Source of the DNA: Gammaproteobacteria bacterium Ga0077536
GTDB lineage: Bacteria > Pseudomonadota > Gammaproteobacteria > Ga0077536
Assembly: GCA_001464935.1 (NCBI GenBank)
Contig: LNEL01000055.1
Span: forward strand, 83,056 to 147,055
Reading direction: 5' to 3'
DNA length: 64,000 bases
The position numbers were made by a program, and so were the translations under genes. This document shows, piece by piece, positions 56,994 through 64,000 of the stretch. Numbering within the stretch: position 1 is the stretch's first letter; every line of letters starts with the position of its first letter. The notes under the pieces were generated by a model. It ran no database searches, was not told where the DNA came from, and was given only the letters and a program-made list of their open reading frames with translations.

Positions 56994-58081
56994 GCGGCTT
57001 CTCCGCGCTTGAGCAGGCCGGCAATGCCACGCGGCAACAGCAGGGTCACGAGCACGAACATCGCGCCGAGCACGAACAGCCACAGTTCGGGCAGTGCGCC
57101 GGTGAACAGGGTCTTCGCGAAATTCACCGTCAGCGCGCCGATGATCGCGCCGTACAGCGTGCCACGGCCGCCGACCGCGACCCAGATCACGAGTTCAATG
57201 GAGTTCAGCGGCGAGAACTCGCCCGGATTGATGATGCCGACCTGCGGCACGTACAGCGCACCGGCGATGCCGGCGAGCACCGCCGACAGCGTGAAAATCC
57301 AGACTTTGAAGTGCTCGACGCGGTAGCCGATGAAGCGCGCGCGATCCTCGGCGTCGCGGATCGCGACGACCACGCGGCCCAGCTTGGAGTTGACGATCGT
57401 CCGGCACAGCGCGTAGCCGCCGAGCAGCGCGAGCGCCGAGGCCGCGAACAGCGCGCAGCGCGTGCTGTCGGCCTTCAGGTCGAAGCCGAGCAGATCCTTG
57501 AAATCGGTCAGGCCGTTGTTGCCGCCGAACCCCATTTCATTGCGGAAAAAGGCCAGCAGCAGGGCATAGGTCAGGGCCTGGGTGATGATCGACAGGTAGA
57601 CGCCCGTCACCCGCGAGCGAAACGCGAACCAGCCGAACACGAAGGCGAGCAGCCCCGGTACCAGCAGCACCATCGCCATCGCGAACGGAAAATGCTCGAA
57701 GCCGTGCCAGTACCAGGGCAGCGAGTCCCAGTTCAGGAACACCATGAAATCGGGCAGGTCGGCATTGCCGTAGACACCCCGGTCGCCAATCTGGCGCATC
57801 AGGTACATGCCCATCGCGTACCCGCCGAGCGCGAAGAACGCGCCGTGACCGAGGCTCAGGATGCCGCAGTACCCCCACACCAGGTCGACCGCGAGCGCGA
57901 GCAGCGCGTAGCACAGGTACTTGCCGACGAGCGTGACGGTGTAGGTCGACAGATGCAGCGGCGAATCGACGGGCGTCAGCAGGTTCAGCAGCGGCACGAG
58001 CACGCCGACGAGCACGATCAGCCCACCGACCAGCACATCGGCGCGCCGGTCGAACCGGCTGCTCAGCGGACCGGCACTCAT
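56990..58081 (-). CDS. urtC: urea ABC transporter permease UrtC
   Basis: 363 aa branched-chain-type permease. Start at an internal ATG overlapping the urtB stop. Confidence 0.85.
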   Translation of the reverse strand: MSAGPLSSRFDRRADVLVGGLIVLVGVLVPLLNLLTPVDSPLHLSTYTVTLVGKYLCYALLALAVDLVWGYCGILSLGHGAFFALGGYAMGMYLMRQIGDRGVYGNADLPDFMVFLNWDSLPWYWHGFEHFPFAMAMVLLVPGLLAFVFGWFAFRSRVTGVYLSIITQALTYALLLAFFRNEMGFGGNNGLTDFKDLLGFDLKADSTRCALFAASALALLGGYALCRTIVNSKLGRVVVAIRDAEDRARFIGYRVEHFKVWIFTLSAVLAGIAGALYVPQVGIINPGEFSPLNSIELVIWVAVGGRGTLYGAIIGALTVNFAKTLFTGALPELWLFVLGAMFVLVTLLLPRGIAGLLKRGEAA

Positions 58082-59694
58082 GCTTCCGCCGATCGGCCGC
58101 GTTGCGGAAACAGCCCGCGCGGACGCTTCTGGATGAACAGGATGATGAACACCAGCACCAGGATCTTGGCGAGCACGGCGCCTGAGTAGGGCTCGAGGAA
58201 CTTGTTCGCGATGCCGAGGCCGAGCCCGGCAACGAGCGTTCCCCACAGATTGCCGACGCCGCCGAACACCACGACCATGAAGGAGTCGATGATGTAGGCC
58301 TGACCGAGGTTCGGGCCGACGTTCGTCAGCTGGCTCAGGGCCACGCCGGCGAGGCCGGCGACACCCGAGCCGAGACCGAAGGTCATCGCGTCTATCCAGC
58401 CGGCGCGCACACCCATCGCGCGCGCCATGGCGCGGTTCTGCGCGACCGCGCGCACCTGCAGGCCCAGCGGCGTGAAGCGCAGCAGCGCAAGCAGCGCGGC
58501 GAACACGAGCACACTGAAGACGATGATATAGAGGCGGTTGGCCGTCAGCGCGAGCGCGTCGCTGATGACCACCTGCCCGCTCATCCATTCCGGCGTCGCG
58601 ACGGCGCGGTTCAGCGGCGAGAAGATGCTGCGCACCGTCTGCTGTAGGAACAGGCTGATGCCGAAAGTCGCGAGCAGCGTCTCGAGCGGTCGGCCGTAGA
58701 GGAAGCGCACGACGCCACGCTCGATCAGGATGCCGACGAGGCCCGCGACGATGAACGCGAGCGGAATGGCGACGGCAATCGACCATTCGAGGTGGTTCGG
58801 CATCAACTGCTGCACGACATACACGGTATAGGCACCGAGCATCATCAGCTCGCCGTGGGCCATGTTGATCACGCCCATCACGCCGAAAGTGATCGCGAGC
58901 CCCGTCGCCGCCAGCACCAGCACGAAGCCGAGGCTGAGGCCGAAGAACAGGGTTTCGATGAATTCGTAACGCGCACGGGCCGCGTCGATGTCGCGGATCG
59001 CGGCACCGGCGGCGGCCCGCACCGCTGCGTCCGGTTCGACCGGGCTGCCGTCGGCATTTTCCTCGACCAGCGTCGCGAGCCGGTTGCGGACCTCGCCGAG
59101 CATGCTGCCGCGCACGGTCTCGACGGCGGCGAGGCGCGCGGCGGGTGATTCGTCATCGAAGTCGGCGAGCGCGGCGACGACGGCCATCGCGCGCTTCACG
59201 CGTTCATCGGTCTCCGTCTTCTGCGCGTCGCGCAGCATCACCTGGGTCTGTTCGCTGGGGGCGGCGATGAGGGCGTGCACGGCGGCGAGGCGGGCATCGG
59301 GGTCGGGGTCGCCGAGGCTCAGCCGTGCGAGTGAGGCGCGCAGGCCCAGTCGCATCTGGTTGTTGATTGCGATTTTCTTGAGATCGGACTTGGCGGCCGT
59401 GCCCAGTGCGGCACCGGTCGCGGCATCGAGTAATTCTGTGGTGGCCGCATTGTCGGCGACGATGACCACGAGCTGGTCGGCGCGGCGGATGTAGAGCCGG
59501 CCGTCGAGGAGCGCCTGCAGGATCTGGGCACCGCGCGCGTCGCCGCTGTCGGCAACGAGTGTCACCGCTTCGGCTTTGTGCTTGAAATTACTGCTCTTGA
59601 GCTTGTCGAGACCTTCGGCGAGGTCCGCTGCCGCGTCGGCGATCATCGCGAGCAGCATGCAGAGCAGTGGGAGGATTCGGCGCAGACGCATCAT
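58078..59694 (-). CDS. urtB: urea ABC transporter permease UrtB with ~250-aa N-terminal periplasmic extension
   Basis: 538 aa; signal peptide, helical N-terminal domain, then a LivH-like permease. Confidence 0.85.
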   Translation of the reverse strand: MMRLRRILPLLCMLLAMIADAAADLAEGLDKLKSSNFKHKAEAVTLVADSGDARGAQILQALLDGRLYIRRADQLVVIVADNAATTELLDAATGAALGTAAKSDLKKIAINNQMRLGLRASLARLSLGDPDPDARLAAVHALIAAPSEQTQVMLRDAQKTETDERVKRAMAVVAALADFDDESPAARLAAVETVRGSMLGEVRNRLATLVEENADGSPVEPDAAVRAAAGAAIRDIDAARARYEFIETLFFGLSLGFVLVLAATGLAITFGVMGVINMAHGELMMLGAYTVYVVQQLMPNHLEWSIAVAIPLAFIVAGLVGILIERGVVRFLYGRPLETLLATFGISLFLQQTVRSIFSPLNRAVATPEWMSGQVVISDALALTANRLYIIVFSVLVFAALLALLRFTPLGLQVRAVAQNRAMARAMGVRAGWIDAMTFGLGSGVAGLAGVALSQLTNVGPNLGQAYIIDSFMVVVFGGVGNLWGTLVAGLGLGIANKFLEPYSGAVLAKILVLVFIILFIQKRPRGLFPQRGRSAEA

Positions 59695-59741
59695 GTGGGT
59701 TCGTCATCCGTCCAGATCAGGGGACACGGGGAGCCGCACTC

Positions 59742-59775
59742 GCCGCGACCGAAGGCGTCTGACTTCGATCGCGGC
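59742..59775 (-). promoter_or_regulatory. intercistronic hairpin between urtA and urtB
   Basis: GCCGCGACCGAAG-N8-CTTCGATCGCGGC; 13-bp stem with one mismatch, 8-nt loop. Confidence 0.4.
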
Positions 59776-59807
59776 GGCACGGACGGGGTTACCCGTTCAG
59801 ACAGGCC

Positions 59808-61106
59808 TTACTCGTAGTTCTGGCCGGAACACTTCTTGGTGACAGTATTGTAATTGCCACAGTTCAGCTTGTCGGTCCAGTCGGCTTCGATGATCTTGCT
59901 GTCCGGCAGGAAGTCGGACCATGCGTCGCCGGGCACCAGACCTTCGGTCTGCCACACGGTTTCGAACTGGCCGTCTTCCTGGATTTCACCGATCAGCACG
60001 GGCTTCGTGATGTGGTGGTTGGCCAGCATCTTCGACGTGCCACCCGACAGGTTCGGGGCTTCGACGCCGATGATCGCCTTCTGCACGGCGGTGGAATCGG
60101 TGGAACCCGCCGCTTCGACCGCCTTGACCCACATGTTGAAGCCGATGTAATGGGCTTCCATCGGGTCGTTCGTGACGCGCTTGTCGTTCTTGATGAACGT
60201 CTTCCACGACTTGATGAACTCGGCATTGACCGGCGCATCGACGCTCATGAAGTAGTTCCACGCGGCGAGGTGGCCGACGAGCGGCTTGGTGTCGATACCG
60301 GACAGCTCTTCTTCGCCGACCGAGAATGCGACGACCGGGATGTCGGCCGCGGACACGCCCTGGTTGCCCAGTTCCTTGTAGAACGGCACGTTGGCGTCAC
60401 CATTGATGGTGGACACCACCGCGGTCTTCTTGCCGGCCGAGCCGAACTTCTTGATGTCTGCCACGATGCTCTGCCAATCCGCATGGCCGAACGGCGTGTA
60501 GTTGATCATGATGTCTTCTGCCGCGACGCCCTTGGCCTTCAGGTAGGCTTCGAGAATCTTGTTGGTGGTCCGCGGATAGACGTAGTCCGTGCCCGCGAGC
60601 ACCCAGCGCTTGACCTCGAGATCGTTCATCAGGTAATCGACCGCCGGGATCGCCTGCTGGTTCGGCGCCGCGCCCGTGTAGAACACGTTCTTCGAGGACT
60701 CTTCACCCTCGTACTGCACCGGGTAGAACAGCAGGCCGTTCAGTTCCTCGAACACCGGCAGCACCGACTTGCGCGAGACGGACGTCCAGCAGCCGAACAC
60801 CGCGGCGACCTTGTCCTTCTCGAGCAGTTCACGCGCCTTTTCGGCGAACAGCGGCCAGTTGGAGGCCGGGTCGACGACCACCGCCTCGAGCTTCTTGCCG
60901 AGCAGACCGCCCTTCTTGTTCTGCTCGTCGATCAGCATGAGCATCGTGTCCTTCAGCGTGGTTTCGCTGATGGCCATCGTGCCCGACAGCGAATGGAGGA
61001 CGCCGACCTTGATGGTGTCCTCGGCCCGGACAGGCGTTACCGACACCACCAAGGCGGCGACCAAGCCGGCGCACAGGGAGCGTGCGTTCAGTAAGGTGTG
61101 CTTCAT
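59808..61106 (-). CDS. urtA: urea ABC transporter substrate-binding protein UrtA
   Basis: 432 aa; signal peptide, then ...DTIKVGVLHSLSGTMAISE characteristic of UrtA. Confidence 0.9.
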   Translation of the reverse strand: MKHTLLNARSLCAGLVAALVVSVTPVRAEDTIKVGVLHSLSGTMAISETTLKDTMLMLIDEQNKKGGLLGKKLEAVVVDPASNWPLFAEKARELLEKDKVAAVFGCWTSVSRKSVLPVFEELNGLLFYPVQYEGEESSKNVFYTGAAPNQQAIPAVDYLMNDLEVKRWVLAGTDYVYPRTTNKILEAYLKAKGVAAEDIMINYTPFGHADWQSIVADIKKFGSAGKKTAVVSTINGDANVPFYKELGNQGVSAADIPVVAFSVGEEELSGIDTKPLVGHLAAWNYFMSVDAPVNAEFIKSWKTFIKNDKRVTNDPMEAHYIGFNMWVKAVEAAGSTDSTAVQKAIIGVEAPNLSGGTSKMLANHHITKPVLIGEIQEDGQFETVWQTEGLVPGDAWSDFLPDSKIIEADWTDKLNCGNYNTVTKKCSGQNYE

Positions 61107-61156
61107 TGGAATAATTCCCCTCGTCGTTTTGCGTTTATGTATGAGTGTCGGTGACG

Positions 61157-62362
61157 TCAGATCTGGATCTGGAACGCGAGCTTGATCGCGCTCAGATCGT
61201 CGCCAGCGACGCCCGGCGCAAAGTTCGTGATGCCTTCGCTCAGGATGTCGCCGTACTGGTAGAACAACGAGACGCGGGCGTTGTGGCCGTCGATGATGTA
61301 GTTCAAACCGCCTTCGATCTCGTCACGGTCGGAGCTGTCGTCCGGGTTGATTTCGTTGTAACGGACGTACGGCTGGAACTTCCCGATGCCGACAGTCTGC
61401 GGGAACATGTAGAGGGCATTGACCCAGTAGGAGTTGCCATTGAACATGCAAAAGCAGTCGCCATCGGCAAACGCTGCGATGTTGTAGTCGGAATCGAAGG
61501 TCTTGTACTCGCCGTTGAATGTGAACACGCCTTTGTTGGCGAGCACCTTCTCGAAGATCGCGTCCACGCTCACGCCCGTGTAGTCGCCCCGGTTGTTGAA
61601 GGACCCTACGCCGTCTTCCTGGTGCTGGACGGTGACGGCCAGCGACAGGATGTCGCCCGCCGTGCCGTAGTAGGTGCCGCTCGTGTAGTAGCCGGGATTC
61701 TTCTCGACGTTCAGGAAGTTGTAGGTGAAGCGGCCGGCGTACATCAGGTTGTCGTCCTGGTTCGGCCCGCGGCCTGCGGCCGATTCCAGGCCGTTGTAGA
61801 CGCCCACCACGTACTGCAGCGCGCCGCGCGGTCCGAGGTTACCCCACACGCTGACGCCGTGGTCACGTGCATAGACGCCGGCGCCGCCAGCCCCGAAGTC
61901 AACCGAGAAGTCGGCCGGAATGAACGGCGTGCGATACGCGTCATAGGTGGTCGAGTAATAGGGGCCGTTCAGTTCCTGACGCTCGGCCGGCACCAGCAGG
62001 CGGCCCGCCCAGACGTTCAGTTCCGGCGTGAATTCGAACTTCGCGATCGCGTCCAGCAGCACGAACTCTTCGAGGTTGCTGTTGCCGCAGAACACGCATT
62101 CGGTGTTCAGTTCGAACTTGATGTACTTGTGAATCTGGCCGTTGACATAGATACGGGCGCTGTCGGCGTTGAAGTCCGACGACCAGTCGTTCGCGTTCGG
62201 AGCGCTATCCTCGATGGCAGAGAACGAGGCGCGGGCACCGGCGCCGATGCTGATCCACTTCGTATCGTCGATTGAAATCTTGCCGCCGGCCTGGACAGTA
62301 GCCGCCGTCATCAAAAGGCCCGCGGTAGCCAAGGCCGCGACTGGCCGCTTCCACTGCATCAT
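61157..62362 (-). CDS. outer-membrane porin (candidate short-chain amide/urea porin, FmdC-like)
   Basis: Signal peptide MMQWKRPVAALATAGLLMTAATVQA (GAGGAG RBS). Aromatic-rich beta-strand pattern with C-terminal ...KLAFQIQI. Located between fmdB and urtA. Confidence 0.65.
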   Translation of the reverse strand: MMQWKRPVAALATAGLLMTAATVQAGGKISIDDTKWISIGAGARASFSAIEDSAPNANDWSSDFNADSARIYVNGQIHKYIKFELNTECVFCGNSNLEEFVLLDAIAKFEFTPELNVWAGRLLVPAERQELNGPYYSTTYDAYRTPFIPADFSVDFGAGGAGVYARDHGVSVWGNLGPRGALQYVVGVYNGLESAAGRGPNQDDNLMYAGRFTYNFLNVEKNPGYYTSGTYYGTAGDILSLAVTVQHQEDGVGSFNNRGDYTGVSVDAIFEKVLANKGVFTFNGEYKTFDSDYNIAAFADGDCFCMFNGNSYWVNALYMFPQTVGIGKFQPYVRYNEINPDDSSDRDEIEGGLNYIIDGHNARVSLFYQYGDILSEGITNFAPGVAGDDLSAIKLAFQIQI

Positions 62363-62419
62363 GGAAAGTCTCCTCAAAATTGTCATAGGGGTTCGATGCC
62401 TGTCCGGGCATAGCTCAAT

Positions 62420-62436
62420 AGCGAGTTTCGTACCAA
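62420..62436 (-). promoter_or_regulatory. sigma54-type promoter (TGGTAC-N5-TCGCT; GG/GC spacing as in TGGCAC-N5-TTGC) upstream of the porin-urt operon
   Basis: Minus strand TTGGTACGAAACTCGCT. Palindromes upstream at 62474..62489 (TGTCTGCGAACAGACA), 62498..62514 (GCGCACTGTTTGTGCGC) and 62510..62535 could be enhancer/NtrC-type sites. Confidence 0.4.
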
Positions 62437-62722
62437 TTATTGAAACTGATGACGATCAAAGAGTTGGAGTGCGTGTCTGCGAACAGACAGCCGCCACGCG
62501 CACTGTTTGTGCGCATGCACACGTCGCGTGCGCGAAATCGGTATTCATTCGGTGCGAAAGGCTGGAAAGCAGCGCAAATGGGGGAAGTGAACGTGGACAT
62601 CACCAGCCACCATCGCTGACGATGGCAGCTCACGGTGGTCGTGAGCCGACGCTCGTTCGACGATGTTCAGGCGGCGATGATTGATGCTGCGCGCGGGTGG
62701 CGCGAGCGCGGGAAATAGAGGT

Positions 62723-62755
62723 CCGCGCAGCGGCTAAGCAGTTGCCGCTGCGCGG
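62723..62755 (-). terminator. hairpin CCGCGCAGCGGC-N9-GCCGCTGCGCGG immediately downstream of fmdB
   Basis: 12-bp GC stem followed (minus strand) by TCTATTTCC. Confidence 0.4.
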
Positions 62756-62773
62756 AAAGCGAGGGGATCGTGA

Positions 62774-63076
62774 TCAGTGGCCGAGCATCCAGGGCCGACC
62801 CTGATGGTGATGGTGTGAGCAGGCCGCTGCCTGCTTCCTGACCGGCTCCTCGGCCGGTGCCGGACGCGTATAGCGACGCGGCTCGTGCGCACTCTTTTCA
62901 TTGCGCTCATGCGCACGGCGATTGGTCGCCGACAGCACTGCGAGACGCGGCGCGGACACGGCGCGCACCGCCGGTGCACCACAGCGATCGCAGTCGACGG
63001 CGTCGTCGCGCACCGCGATCGGGCGCAACAGATTCTGGCTGCTGCCACAGGTACATTGATATTCGTAGAGCGGCAT
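62774..63076 (-). CDS. fmdB: FmdB family zinc-ribbon regulatory protein
   Basis: MPLYEYQCTCG...CDRCG CxxC...CxxC zinc ribbon; 100 aa. Confidence 0.8.
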   Translation of the reverse strand: MPLYEYQCTCGSSQNLLRPIAVRDDAVDCDRCGAPAVRAVSAPRLAVLSATNRRAHERNEKSAHEPRRYTRPAPAEEPVRKQAAACSHHHHQGRPWMLGH

Positions 63077-63149
63077 ACGCCTTTACTCCTGATGATGAGA
63101 GCAGGTGGCGCACCGCACCGGTGCGCCACGGTTCCGTGGCCTGAAGCGA

Positions 63150-64000
63150 TCAGCTCGTGACGGCCAGGTCGATCCCCGTCGGCACCTTGCGCGACGGCCC
63201 TTCCGGGGTGATCCGGATGTCGAAGTCGAAGATCCCGGTCGGCAGCCACAGGGTGGCGCACGCGTTCGGAATGTCGACGATGCCGCTGATATGCCCTTCG
63301 ACGGGCGCAGTGCCGAGAATCGCGTAGGCCTGTTCGCCGGTGTAGCCGAACTTCTTCAGGTACTCGATCGCGTTCATGCAGGCGCGGCGATACGCGACAT
63401 GCGCATCGAGGTAGTGCTGCTTGCCGGACTCGTCGACCGAGATGCCTTCGAAGATCAGGTAGTCGTTGTAGCGCGGCTCCATCGGGCTCGGCTTGAAGAT
63501 CGGGTTGGTGACCCCGTACTTCGCGACGCCGCCCTTGATGATGTCGACGCTCAGTTCAATCCAGCCCGCCATTTCGATCGCGCCGCAGAAGGTGATTTCA
63601 CCGTCGCCCTGCGAGAAGTGCAGGTCGCCCATCGACAGACCACCCCCCTTCACATAGACCGGGAAGTAGACGGTCGAGCCGCGCGACAGGTTCTTGATGT
63701 CGCAGTTGCCGCCATGTTCGCGCGGCGGCACCGTGCGCGCACCGTACTTCGCGGCTTCGGCCGCGGCGCTGCCGGAGAGTTTGCCCATCAGCGCCGTATC
63801 GGCGTAGGGCAGCGCGGCCAGCGGCGGCACCCGGTTCGGGTCGGTCGCAACCAGCGCGGATTCACGCTCGTTCCAGGTCTTCAGCAGTTCCGCCGACGGC
63901 AGGCAGCCGATGAGGCCGGGGTGCATGATGCCGGCAAAGCGCGTACCCGGGATGTGCCGGGACTTGGCGAAGATGCCTTCGAAATCCCAGCACGCCTTGC
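63150..64000 (-). CDS. fmdA: formamidase/acetamidase (FmdA_AmdA family), 5' end beyond window
   Basis: C-terminal 283 codons present. The frame stays open to the window end, and the track shows only the part from an internal Met. Confidence 0.85.
   Translation of the reverse strand, partial: KACWDFEGIFAKSRHIPGTRFAGIMHPGLIGCLPSAELLKTWNERESALVATDPNRVPPLAALPYADTALMGKLSGSAAAEAAKYGARTVPPREHGGNCDIKNLSRGSTVYFPVYVKGGGLSMGDLHFSQGDGEITFCGAIEMAGWIELSVDIIKGGVAKYGVTNPIFKPSPMEPRYNDYLIFEGISVDESGKQHYLDAHVAYRRACMNAIEYLKKFGYTGEQAYAILGTAPVEGHISGIVDIPNACATLWLPTGIFDFDIRITPEGPSRKVPTGIDLAVTS

Overview
High-GC (about 67 %) proteobacterial chromosome segment, densely coded on both strands. Many long ORFs in the supplied track are antisense, arginine-rich GC artefacts. 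The genes I consider real are listed as features, with start codons re-assigned where a ribosome-binding site (RBS), overlapping coupling codons or a domain boundary supported it. Left to right, the window contains:

- a MEMO1/AMMECR1 fusion running off the left edge, a fatty-acyl-CoA ligase, and several luciferase-like (LLM) flavin monooxygenases with an ABC exporter, an esterase and a hybrid histidine kinase; then rlmJ, trxC and an enoyl-CoA hydratase.
- a periplasmic trio: a Tat-signal intradiol-dioxygenase-like protein, an AstE/AspA-family protein and a lytic transglycosylase.
- an unusual PHA cluster: alpha/beta hydrolase, a small coiled-coil protein, a class III-type phaC and a GNAT, with a phasin and padR diverging from interleaved face-to-face promoters.
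- a GntR-controlled aromatic-type cluster (LLM monooxygenase, HpaB-like hydroxylase, LigB-type extradiol dioxygenase), a MetE-like gene and an S8 peptidase.
- a complete bufferin-type RiPP operon (DUF2282 precursor, DUF692/MNIO, DUF2063, DoxX). It is paired with a divergent ECF sigma/NrsF anti-sigma operon, and both carry GTAACC-N16-CGAA promoters. This is the most striking system in the window.
- an acyl-CoA-dehydrogenase-like monooxygenase and a D-aminoacylase.
- a REP/RAYT island: an intact REP-associated tyrosine transposase flanked by inverted REPs, at least two deletion-derivative MITEs and solo REP doublets. These bracket a low-GC DUF2986/DUF1415 cassette and a secreted protein.
- an LLM/acetoacetate-decarboxylase/NTF2-like operon, an F420-dehydrogenase-beta-like Fe-S protein and a lipoprotein.
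- a contiguous nitrogen-scavenging locus on the minus strand: fmdA (truncated at the window end), fmdB, a porin, urtABCDE, ureJ, ureD, a fused ureAB, ureC, ureE, ureF and ureG. A sigma54-type promoter lies ahead of the porin.

A second repeat family, with 26-bp terminal inverted repeats built on GAGAACAC, occurs three times at gene 3' ends. No rRNA, tRNA or CRISPR was recognised. Coordinates of features absent from the ORF track (repeats, promoters, hairpins) are hand-read and good to a few bp.
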